Positions 9,586-18,098 of a DNA stretch of 64,000 nucleotides are shown here, in pieces (position 1 is the first letter of the stretch; each line of letters starts with the position of its first letter). The notes beneath the pieces were generated by a model. The model had not been told where the DNA came from and ran no database searches. It was given only the letters and a program-made list of their open reading frames with translations. The position numbers and the translations under genes are program-made. The DNA is from Collinsella aerofaciens (lineage in GTDB: Bacteria > Actinomycetota > Coriobacteriia > Coriobacteriales > Coriobacteriaceae). The DNA is taken from positions 6,810-70,809 of the forward strand of contig RQBM01000202.1 of NCBI GenBank assembly GCA_008668795.1, in the 5' to 3' direction.

Positions 9586-10656
9586 GCCGAAGCTGATGCC
9601 CAGCGCCTTGGCCTCGCGCACTAGATCGCTCTGGGGGTCGACGTACTTGAGCTTGCCGGCGACCTCCTCGAGCGGCATGTGGCACATCTTGCCGTCACGC
9701 AGGGCAATCATGTAGCCAAACTCGCCGCGCAGGCAGCCGAGCGCTGCCTCGACGCCGCACTGGGTCGCAAAGATGCGGTCCTGGGCGTCGGGCTGGCCGC
9801 CGCGCTGCGTGTGGCCGGGGATGGCGACGCGGGTCTCGCGACCAGTCTTGGCTTCGATCTCCTTGGCGATGTCGTAGACAATCGACGGACTCGTGCGCTC
9901 GGCGAGCTTTTTCTTGTACTCCTTCTTGGACAGCGCCGCGTCCTCCTTGGAGATAGCGCCCTCGGCGACGGCCACGATGGTAAAGCGGCTGCCGGTCTCC
10001 ATGCGATGCTCGATGGTCTTGATGACGTTATCCATGTCGTAGGGGATCTCGGGAATCAAGATGACATCCGCGCCGCCCGCGACGCCGGCGTATAGCGGGA
10101 TCCAGCCAACCTTGTGGCCCATGATCTCGATAACGAACACGCGGCCGTGACTCGAAGCGGTGGTGTGAATGTCGTCGATGCACTTGGTGGCGACGTCGAT
10201 GGCGCTCGTAAAGCCAAACGTCAGCTCGGTGCCCCAGGTGTCGTTATCGATGGTCTTAGGCAGGGCGATAACGTTGAGGCCCTCTTCGCGCAGACGGTTG
10301 GCGGTCTTGGTGGAGCCGTTGCCGCCCAGCATAAACAGGCAGTCGAGCTGCAGCTTATGATAGGTGTGGACCATTGCCGGCACCTTCTCGACGCCGTCGG
10401 CCTCGGGAATATCCAGGCGCTTGAACGGCGTACGGCTCGTGCCCAGGATGGTGCCGCCACGGGTAAGGATGCCGCTAAAATCGGCGGGCGTCATGACGCG
10501 GAACCGGCTGTAGATAAGGCCCTGGTAGCCGTCCTCAAAGCCATAAATCTCGATAGGCTCTTCGCTATTGGTCATAAGCGTTTTGACAATGCCGCGCATG
10601 GTGGCGTTGAGCGCCTGGCAGTCGCCGCCACTAGTAAGAAGACCGATTCTAAGCAT
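9577..10656 (-). CDS. pfkA: 6-phosphofructokinase (PfkA family)
   Basis: LTSGGDCQALN, GGTILGTSR, PKTIDND, EIMGHKVGW, GHTQRGG. Confidence 0.95.
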   Translation of the reverse strand: MLRIGLLTSGGDCQALNATMRGIVKTLMTNSEEPIEIYGFEDGYQGLIYSRFRVMTPADFSGILTRGGTILGTSRTPFKRLDIPEADGVEKVPAMVHTYHKLQLDCLFMLGGNGSTKTANRLREEGLNVIALPKTIDNDTWGTELTFGFTSAIDVATKCIDDIHTTASSHGRVFVIEIMGHKVGWIPLYAGVAGGADVILIPEIPYDMDNVIKTIEHRMETGSRFTIVAVAEGAISKEDAALSKKEYKKKLAERTSPSIVYDIAKEIEAKTGRETRVAIPGHTQRGGQPDAQDRIFATQCGVEAALGCLRGEFGYMIALRDGKMCHMPLEEVAGKLKYVDPQSDLVREAKALGISFGDE

Positions 10657-10796
10657 GGTGAATCCTTCCGGGCAAGTTATAACATGCGCATAAGTTTACC
10701 CCCGCACACTGTTGATACGGGGGTAAAACGTGTTAGCTCAAGCGTATGGAAATGTAAGCAACGTCAGGCGAGCGTAAGGACGACGGTGCCAGCGCC

Positions 10797-11882
10797 TTAC
10801 AGCGCGAAGGCATCGACGTCGCCCCAGTGGCGGCGCAGCGTGATGGCGGCAGCGGGCTCGGTGTTGTCAAAGACGACCGACCATTGCGTGTTGCTGGTGA
10901 TGTCTTCCGGATTGGGCTCTTGCGCTGCGGCGCGTAGGGCCTTCCAAGCGACTGCCTCGTCCTGGGCACCGACATGGGCGTCAAGGACATCGGCGATTGC
11001 GACGGCGCGCTCTTTACCATGGCCAAGCTCGCCATTCTTTTGGTTGGGCAGCACTTCGTCGCCATGGCAGGCGTAGAAGTTCGTAACCTGGCATACAGGA
11101 GTCGCTTTGAAAGCGCGGTCCGGATCGCGCGGATCCCACTCTACTACGCGCGCGTCACCGGAGGCGTCGTTGATAAAGAAGTGGTAATCGCGTCCTGCCA
11201 TGGCGTGCATGTCGTAGGCAGAAAGCAAGTCTACGGCCTCCTGCGTGGTAGCCGCGCGGTCGAGCACAAGGCGGATGGCGAGCGAAGTGTTGATGACGGG
11301 GCGTTGCGTGTCCTGGTCACAGGGCTTGGAATCCAGAGTGAGTACGGCAATGGACACGCCGCGTTCGTTAACACCGTCGAGCTGGGCAAACGGGCCCATG
11401 AGTGCAGCGGCGCGTCCGGCGACGGAGTCAAGCGGTGTGTTATCGCCCAGGTTGTTAAGGGCGGCAAGCCCGATGGAGGCATAGCCGCCTCGTGGGTGAT
11501 TGCGCACCAGCAGCGCCGAGGTGTCGTCCTTAAAGTCGTAATTGCGACCGGTGCGCACGCGGCCTTTGGCATCTACGGCGACAAAAGCGCTGCAGGCAAA
11601 CTGCGGCGCTTGGACATGTGCCGGCACACCGGGCAGCACCTGCGCCACCACGGCATCGATGTAGGCCTGGTCGTCGCGCACGCCAGCGGCGATGATGCGG
11701 TCGAGGTCGTAGTCGTAAGCGATGCCGATTGCGTACAGGTCATAGCCATCCGCGTAGCCGGTCAAGCGTTTGAGCGACGCGGCGGACTTGATTTGCTTGC
11801 GGTAAACGATGCCGGCGGCAGCGGCAAGGCCGACGGCGACTCCCGCGACACCGCAGGCGATGGCAATGTTACGTGGCTTCAT
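10797..11882 (-). CDS. Ntn hydrolase, choloylglycine hydrolase / linear amide C-N hydrolase family, with N-terminal membrane anchor
   Basis: FA-CSAF nucleophile Cys, GRNYDF, DGVNERGVSIAVL, DYHFFINDASG..VVEW, VTNFY, TQWSVVFD. Confidence 0.8.
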   Translation of the reverse strand: MKPRNIAIACGVAGVAVGLAAAAGIVYRKQIKSAASLKRLTGYADGYDLYAIGIAYDYDLDRIIAAGVRDDQAYIDAVVAQVLPGVPAHVQAPQFACSAFVAVDAKGRVRTGRNYDFKDDTSALLVRNHPRGGYASIGLAALNNLGDNTPLDSVAGRAAALMGPFAQLDGVNERGVSIAVLTLDSKPCDQDTQRPVINTSLAIRLVLDRAATTQEAVDLLSAYDMHAMAGRDYHFFINDASGDARVVEWDPRDPDRAFKATPVCQVTNFYACHGDEVLPNQKNGELGHGKERAVAIADVLDAHVGAQDEAVAWKALRAAAQEPNPEDITSNTQWSVVFDNTEPAAAITLRRHWGDVDAFAL

Positions 11883-12043
11883 GACGGCTCCTCTCGTCCT
11901 GTTAGCGCAATTGTCGCAAAGGGAGCGCGGGCATGATGGCTCAACTTGGTGAGCGGCGCGGAATTAAGCATGGAATGAAGAGTGCGGCACTGGCGTGGCG
12001 GGGTATGCTGGAGGGGACCATCAACCCGGCGAAAGGGGAGAGC

Positions 12044-13429
12044 ATGACGGATCAGGAAACGCCCGAGCGCGTGCACGTGACTGCCGACGATATCGAGGCC
12101 GCCAACGACCTTATCGACTTTATCGAGGCATGCCCCAGCATGTTCCATACGGCGGCGACCATTATGGCCGAGCTCGACGAGGCGGGCTTTACCTACCTGC
12201 CCGAGAACGCGGCATGGGATATCGAGCCGGGCGGGCGTTATTACACGCAGCGCAACACCTCGAGCGTTATCGCCTTTAAGGTGGGCGAGGACCTGGCCGC
12301 GACGTGGGGCGAGGACGGCGTTGCCGGTGACTATCATTTTCAGCTGACGGCGTCGCACAGCGACTCGCCGACGTTTAAGGTTAAGGCCGTGCCCGAGCTC
12401 GACGGCGCGGGCGAGACGCTGCGCCTGAACACCGAGGCCTACGGCGGCATGATTGACTACACCTGGTTCGATCGCCCGCTGGCGCTCGCGGGCCGCGTGC
12501 TGGTGCGCGAGGGCGACCGTGTTGAGAGCCGTCTGCTTGCCACCGAGCGCGAGGTCGCTATTATCCCGAGCCTTGCCATCCACATGAACCGTGGCGTTAA
12601 CGAGGGCTTTGCTCCCAACCGAGCCGTCGACTTGTGCCCACTCATCAGCGCCGGCGAACTCAAGCAGGGTGACTTTGATGCCCTGATCGCCGAAGAGCTG
12701 GATGTTGAGCCCGAGCAGATTCTGGGTCGCGACCTGTTCTTGGTCAATCGTCAGGATGCGCGCATCTGGGGCTGGGCCGACGAGTTTATCTCGACGCCCA
12801 AGCTTGACGACCTGGCCTGCGCCTATACCTCGCTACAGGCATTTTTGGGCGCCGAGAACGCGCACGACGTTTCGGTCTTTTGCTGCTTTGATAACGAGGA
12901 GGTTGGCTCCGAGACCAAGCAGGGCGCCATGTCGACGTTCTTGGCCGATGCGTTGCGACGCATTAACGGATCGCTGGGCTTTGATGATGAGTCGTACCAT
13001 CGCGCCCTTGCCGCCTCGATGCTTGTAAGCTGCGACAACGCGCATGCCGTGCACCCCAACCACGCCGAGAAGTGCGATGCCCGCAACCAGGTGGTGCTTA
13101 ACGGCGGCATCGTCATCAAGGAAGCCGCCAACCAGCACTACTGCACCGATGCCTTTAGCCGCGCGGTGTTCCAGGCCATCTGCGATGACGCCGACGTGCC
13201 CACGCAGGCCTTCGCCAACAAGAGCGATATGGCCGGCGGCTCCACGCTCGGCAACCTGTCGAACATGCAGGCGAGCATGCACGCCGTGGACGTGGGCCTG
13301 CCGCAGCTGGCCATGCACTCAAGCTACGAGACCGGCGGCGTACGCGACGTGATGTATGCCATCCGTGCCCTCACCGCTTTCTACGAGCGAAACCTAACCA
13401 TCAACGGCGCCGAAAGCGTGGGGCTGTAA
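12044..13429 (+). CDS. M18 family (aspartyl) aminopeptidase
   Basis: SHSDSP, YGGMIDYTWFDRPL, KLDDL, DNEEVGS, DNAHAVHPN, GGSTLG, QLAMHSSYE; start at ATG 12044 after GGGGAG. Confidence 0.93.
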   Translation: MTDQETPERVHVTADDIEAANDLIDFIEACPSMFHTAATIMAELDEAGFTYLPENAAWDIEPGGRYYTQRNTSSVIAFKVGEDLAATWGEDGVAGDYHFQLTASHSDSPTFKVKAVPELDGAGETLRLNTEAYGGMIDYTWFDRPLALAGRVLVREGDRVESRLLATEREVAIIPSLAIHMNRGVNEGFAPNRAVDLCPLISAGELKQGDFDALIAEELDVEPEQILGRDLFLVNRQDARIWGWADEFISTPKLDDLACAYTSLQAFLGAENAHDVSVFCCFDNEEVGSETKQGAMSTFLADALRRINGSLGFDDESYHRALAASMLVSCDNAHAVHPNHAEKCDARNQVVLNGGIVIKEAANQHYCTDAFSRAVFQAICDDADVPTQAFANKSDMAGGSTLGNLSNMQASMHAVDVGLPQLAMHSSYETGGVRDVMYAIRALTAFYERNLTINGAESVGL

Positions 13430-13612
13430 ATGCAGGCCGAAGACATGAAGGCCGAGCGCAAGCTTGAGCTTATCGATCAGGGTTCGCAGCTGTTCGCCAC
13501 TGCTTGCCGCGATTCAGGGGTCGACGTGTCCAAGGCGCGACCAACGAGTGCTGAAGAACTCAAGCGTAACGTCTATTCGGACCGCTATGACGAGGAGACG
13601 GACTGGCTCTAA
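13430..13612 (+). CDS. hypothetical 60-aa protein
   Basis: ATG abuts the aminopeptidase stop (TAA-ATG); host-like codon usage. Confidence 0.5.
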   Translation: MQAEDMKAERKLELIDQGSQLFATACRDSGVDVSKARPTSAEELKRNVYSDRYDEETDWL

Positions 13613-13690
13613 TAAGCGAAGTGTCGAAAACGCTAGATGTATGTTTGATATCACTTTGGCGAGAGTGTCGCAGACAGAACTACCGGTATA

Positions 13691-13717
13691 GCGCAAGCCA
13701 ACCTGACTCCATTGCGC
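13691..13717 (-). repeat. GGAGTCAGG palindromic repeat (variant of the GGGACAG family)
   Basis: minus strand gcgcaatggagtcaggttggcttgcgc; similar to 50040-50072. Confidence 0.6.
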
Positions 13718-13718
13718 C

Positions 13719-13760
13719 AAACCTACCAAAAAGGGACAGGTTCATTTTGGCAGGTTTTAT
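13719..13760 (+). repeat. GGGACAG palindromic repeat, subfamily A
   Basis: aaacctaccaaaaagggacaggttcattttggcaggttttat. Confidence 0.9.
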
Positions 13761-13861
13761 CTGGACAAATGCCGCAATGCCAACAGCTGGACAGAATTGT
13801 TAACACACCGCGGGTTGAGCAAACGTCAGCGGGCGACGTCCAGAGCGAACAAGTTGGCATG

Positions 13862-13903
13862 AAAAAGGCAAGGCATAGACCTTCTGGTCATGCCTTGCCT
13901 TTT
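13862..13903. terminator. bidirectional intrinsic terminator
   Basis: aaaaaggcaaggcat...atgccttgcctttt between convergent genes. Confidence 0.8.
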
Positions 13904-13973
13904 GAATGACAATTTGTCGCTCTGGGCGGCTCGCAGCGTCGACTGATCCGCCGTTCGTTAGAACGGCGGAACC

Positions 13974-14909
13974 CTAATGCTCGATCCAGCAGCGAAGCGT
14001 CTCGCCGGCCTGCAGATGACGCAGGTTCTCCGCGGCGATGTCGATCACGTTGTTGAGCGTGGCGGCCAGGTGGAACCAGCCCGAGACGTGCGGCGTGATG
14101 AGCATGTTGGGCGCATCCCACAGGGGGCTTGTCGCAGGCAGCGGCTCGGGGTCGGTGACGTCGACCGCGGCGCCGGCGAGGTGTCCGGACTCAAGAGCGG
14201 CAACCAGATCGTCGGCAACAACAAGGTCACCGCGGCCGCCATTGGCAAAGAAGGCGCCCGGTTTCATCGCGGCGAAGAACTCGGCGTTCGCCAGGCCGCG
14301 AGTCTCGGGTGTGCTGGGCATAAAGACTGCGACGACGTCGGCCTCGGCCAGGCGCTCGGGCAGGGCGTCCATGCCGTCCATATCCTCAAACACAATGGGG
14401 TAGACGAGCGGATGGCGCTTGATGCCGCGGACGTGCGCGCCCATGCTGCGGCAGAGCGTGGCGAAGTGCCCGCCGATATCGCCCGCGCCCAGCACCAGCA
14501 CATTGGCGTTTTTGAGCGAGGTGACCGGCCCCAAATCCTCCCAGCGATGCTCGCGCTGCAAGTCGTGATAGCCGGGCAGGCGCTTCATCATGGAAAGGAC
14601 CATGGCAAACATGTGCTCGCTCACGGCCTGGCCGTAGGCGCCCACCGAGCAGGAAAGCTTGGCGTCGGCCGGCACGGTGCCGGCGGCCAAGTAATCGTCA
14701 TAGCCGGCGGTCTGCAATTGCAACAGCTGGAGATGTTCGCATGTCGTGAGCATGTCAGGGTCGATGTTGCCCAGGATTACGTCGGCATCGGCGACCTGCT
14801 CGCGCGTGGCGGCGTCGGAGCTCGTGTAGATAAAGTCCTCGCCCGGAGCGCTCGACTCAAGAATTGCGCGATGGCGGTCGTTGACGGGCAACAAAACCAG
14901 GATGTTCAC
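13974..14909 (-). CDS. D-2-hydroxyacid dehydrogenase
   Basis: LGAGDIG, PSTPETRGL, ANGGRG, AVDVTDPEPLP, ITPHVSG; GTG start 14909 after GAGAGG. Confidence 0.93.
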   Translation of the reverse strand: MNILVLLPVNDRHRAILESSAPGEDFIYTSSDAATREQVADADVILGNIDPDMLTTCEHLQLLQLQTAGYDDYLAAGTVPADAKLSCSVGAYGQAVSEHMFAMVLSMMKRLPGYHDLQREHRWEDLGPVTSLKNANVLVLGAGDIGGHFATLCRSMGAHVRGIKRHPLVYPIVFEDMDGMDALPERLAEADVVAVFMPSTPETRGLANAEFFAAMKPGAFFANGGRGDLVVADDLVAALESGHLAGAAVDVTDPEPLPATSPLWDAPNMLITPHVSGWFHLAATLNNVIDIAAENLRHLQAGETLRCWIEH

Positions 14910-14928
14910 AAGCAGTCCTCTCCGCTCG

Positions 14929-14968
14929 ACCTGCCAAAAAGGGACAGGTTTATTTTGGCAGGTTTTAT
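14929..14968 (+). repeat. GGGACAG palindromic repeat, subfamily A
   Basis: acctgccaaaaagggacaggtttattttggcaggttttat. Confidence 0.9.
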
Positions 14969-15039
14969 CAGGCAAAACGCTCAAACAAAAACGCCGGATG
15001 CAAGACGAGCGTGCCCGTCAGCATCCGGCGCATCCACGG

Positions 15040-15927
15040 CTACCAGCTCAGCAGCTCGTAGCCGTCCTCGGTCACCACGAGCTGTACCTCGCACTGGGCC
15101 GAATCGCTGCCGTCCTTGGTGCGCACACACCAACCGTCACCCTTGCTAATCTTGATGTCGGGCGCTCCGGCATTGACCATGGGCTCAATGGTAAAGACCA
15201 TGCCCGGAGCCATGATGGTGTCCACATCGGGTGCCTCGGTGGTAAAGCCCACAAACGGGTCCTCGTGGAACTCCTTGCCGATGCCGTGTCCGCCGTACTC
15301 GCGCACCACGCTAAAGCCGGCGTCCTCGACCGTCTTTTGCACGGCTTCGGCCATCACGGACAGCGGCAGCCATGGCTTGACGGCCGCCAGGCCCGCCTCC
15401 ACGCTGGCACGGGTGACGTCGACAAGACGCTGGCGCTCGGCAGAGACCTCGCCGATGCAGAACATGCGGCTCGAGTCGCTAAAGTAGCCGTCCAAAATCG
15501 TGGAGCAGTCCACGTTGATGATGTCGCCCTCGTGCAGCACGTCTGTATCGCAGGGGATACCGTGACAGACCACATCGTTGATCGAGGTGCATACGCTCTT
15601 GGGGTAGCCTTCGTAGTTGAGGTCGGCCGGCGTACCACCGTGCTCGACGGTGTAGTCGTAGATCATCTGGTCGATCTGGTTGGTGGTCATGCCTGCGGCG
15701 ATGTGCTCGCCTACGTAGTCGAGCACGCCTACGTTGATGGCTGCCGAGCGCTTGATGCCCTCGATATCGGCGGGCGTCTTGTAGAGCGTGCGGGGCAGAA
15801 CCTCCCAGCCCTCCTCCCACAGGCGCTCGAGGCGCTCGTCGAAGGCGCTGTGACATTTCTTATATTTTTTGCCGCTGCCGCACCAGCAGGCGTCGTTGCG
15901 GCCGGGTACGGGTCCTTTGTCATACAT
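15040..15927 (-). CDS. map: methionine aminopeptidase with N-terminal SEC-C Zn motif
   Basis: GRNDACWCGSGKKYKKCH; CTSINDVVCHGIP, DCST, DSSRMF, GHGIG..FHE, FTIEPM. Confidence 0.95.
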   Translation of the reverse strand: MYDKGPVPGRNDACWCGSGKKYKKCHSAFDERLERLWEEGWEVLPRTLYKTPADIEGIKRSAAINVGVLDYVGEHIAAGMTTNQIDQMIYDYTVEHGGTPADLNYEGYPKSVCTSINDVVCHGIPCDTDVLHEGDIINVDCSTILDGYFSDSSRMFCIGEVSAERQRLVDVTRASVEAGLAAVKPWLPLSVMAEAVQKTVEDAGFSVVREYGGHGIGKEFHEDPFVGFTTEAPDVDTIMAPGMVFTIEPMVNAGAPDIKISKGDGWCVRTKDGSDSAQCEVQLVVTEDGYELLSW

Positions 15928-15979
15928 GGCTAACTTCCTTTCATCCGCAGCTAGTATAGCCCACCCACGCGTCCATAAA

Positions 15980-16046
15980 AGTTGCGGTGATATAGTTCCG
16001 ATTTAAGCGGTTTAACAGCACAAATAGGAACTGTATCACCGCAACT
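15980..16046. repeat. 25-bp-arm inverted repeat
   Basis: agttgcggtgatatagttccgattt / aaataggaactgtatcaccgcaact. Confidence 0.65.
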
Positions 16047-16087
16047 GATGGGGCGGGATGGCGGGCATTAGCTGCTGCGTGGTTTTG

Positions 16088-16870
16088 CTAGTAGCTCACC
16101 TGGCAGGGAATGCCGAGGGCTTGGACGCGCGCGGCAATGGCGTCGAGCACCTCAGGCGCTGCTTTGGCAAGGCCGGCGACCGGTGTCTCGCGCGCCACCG
16201 TGTAGATGGTCGCTTCTTGTGGGCGAATGCGCTCAAGCGCCGCGAGCCAGGGGGCAACGTACTCCTCGCCGGTGTTGTCGATGAGCTTGCCCTGATACTC
16301 GCCGGTCAAAAAGATCGTCTGGATAATAACGTGACCGTTAAAGCTCGCGAACGTTTCGATCTGGTGCTCGACGTTGTAGGGGCCAACAGGCTGGTCGAGC
16401 AGCTGGATAAACGCCGGGTCGACGGTATCGAGCTTAAGAATGTTGTCGTCGACCATCATGAGCGCATCGTGTACCTGGGGGCGGTCGGCGCGCGTGCCGT
16501 TGGAGAGCACGGCGATCTTGGAGTTTGGGGCAAGCTCGTCGCGCAGCGCGACGGCGCCGGCAATGGCCTGCGGAAACTCCGGTGCGGCGGTGGGCTCGCC
16601 GTTTCCTGCGAAGGTGATCACATCGGGGAGCTCGCCTTCGGCTGCCATTTCGCGCAGCTTGGCCTCGAGCGCGCCGAGTACCACGGCGGCTGTGTTGTGC
16701 GGCTCATGGCAGGGGCGCTCGGCGTTGAGGCCGTTTTCGCAGTATATGCAGTCGAACGTGCAGATTTTGCCGCTGGCCGGCATCATGTTGACGCCGAGCG
16801 AGAGACCAAGGCGACGGCTGCGAACGGGCCCAAAGATGGGGCTGGCATTCAAAAACGTAGACATAGGCAT
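16088..16870 (-). CDS. radical SAM protein (COG0731-like)
   Basis: FGPVRSRRLGLSLG, CTFDCIYC, ITFAGNGEPT; start after GAGGAG. Confidence 0.88.
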   Translation of the reverse strand: MPMSTFLNASPIFGPVRSRRLGLSLGVNMMPASGKICTFDCIYCENGLNAERPCHEPHNTAAVVLGALEAKLREMAAEGELPDVITFAGNGEPTAAPEFPQAIAGAVALRDELAPNSKIAVLSNGTRADRPQVHDALMMVDDNILKLDTVDPAFIQLLDQPVGPYNVEHQIETFASFNGHVIIQTIFLTGEYQGKLIDNTGEEYVAPWLAALERIRPQEATIYTVARETPVAGLAKAAPEVLDAIAARVQALGIPCQVSY

Positions 16871-17089
16871 ATGCTCCTCAAGACAATTGTGCCTAAGCAT
16901 AGCATCGGCTCCAAAGCAAGGTGCGGGCTCTTGCTTTACAAGTTTCGTTTTTTCACGTCGCTTATTATGCCGTGCCATGAAAAGCCTCAGGTCGGGTACA
17001 GTTAATCTGTTAACAAGGCGTAAGGCAATGCGGGTCTATCCAACCGTACTGACGTGCAACTGGATGGGCATTGACGATGGGAACACAGT

Positions 17090-17887
17090 ATGGATTTTAC
17101 GGTCGAGAATGCGGGCACCACGATCGCCTGTCGCGAATATGCCGGCCCGGATGTGTCGCCTGATGCTCCTGCCTTGGTGTGCGTGCACGGCGCCTGCGTC
17201 GACGGCGTCTTTTTTGACGCCATCGCCCGCGAGCTCGCCTGTGACTACCGCGTCATTGCCTACGACCGCCGCGGTTGCGGCGAGAGCGGCGACGCTGCAG
17301 ACGGACGCTACGACCTTGCCGTCCAGGCCGCCGACCTGCAGGCCGTTATCGAGCATATTGGCGCTCCGGCAAACGTGCTCGCGCACAGTGCCGGTACGCT
17401 GGTGACCCTGGAGCTTCTCCGTGCAAACCCCGCCATAATCTCGCGTGCGATTCTGCATGAACCCGCCGTGACGGATGAGGGTGCCGGCCTGGGCGCGGCC
17501 CCGGTTTTGCTCGAGATGATCGCCGCGGGAAAGGTCTCCAGGGCATTACGGGCCTTCCTGGGCGCCATCGGCGATTCGGACCCTGAGGCCCCCAAGTTAA
17601 CCGAAGCGGAAGCCAAGCATGCCCTGCGCAACGGCCGCAGTTTCATGGCAAACGAATACGGGATTACTATGACCTGCGTTCCCGATTGGGATAGCGTTCG
17701 CGCGTCAAAAACGGTGGCCGCCGTGCTCCTGGGCGAGCTCTCGATTGGCACGCCCCGCGAGGCTGGTACGCGAGCGGCTGCCGAATATCTCGATTGTCTT
17801 CTCGTGACGATCCCGGGCGCGCATAACGGTCTGCGCGATCGCCCGGCAGCGGCTGCCCGGGCTGTCCGTGGCATCCTGGGGCTCTAA
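17090..17887 (+). CDS. alpha/beta hydrolase
   Basis: VCVHG, YDRRGCGES, AHSAG nucleophile elbow, C-terminal GAHN. Confidence 0.88.
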   Translation: MDFTVENAGTTIACREYAGPDVSPDAPALVCVHGACVDGVFFDAIARELACDYRVIAYDRRGCGESGDAADGRYDLAVQAADLQAVIEHIGAPANVLAHSAGTLVTLELLRANPAIISRAILHEPAVTDEGAGLGAAPVLLEMIAAGKVSRALRAFLGAIGDSDPEAPKLTEAEAKHALRNGRSFMANEYGITMTCVPDWDSVRASKTVAAVLLGELSIGTPREAGTRAAAEYLDCLLVTIPGAHNGLRDRPAAAARAVRGILGL

Positions 17888-18098
17888 CACCCGCAATGGC
17901 TAAAGCAGGCTTCACCCGCAAACGTTTCGGCCGTGTTAACAAATGTGCTCAAAACCTCACGTCTGCGACTTCAATCGCGCCGCCTGCCAACTCATAAAAA
18001 TGTAACAGCATTCACGTACTTACCTGCATCGACAAGGTGTTACCCTTGTAGCATTTGGAACCCACCGCTACCATGCGAAACTATCGAAAGGGCCCCAT

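Noticed and set aside
13798..17941. TGTTAACA palindromes near 13798, 17008 and 17934
   Set aside because: An 8-mer is too short to call an operator without genome-wide statistics
18060..18098. c-di-GMP-I riboswitch before the HD-GYP gene (gcgaaactatcgaaagg)
   Set aside because: Lacks the GCAAA/P2 elements and the space needed before the start codon
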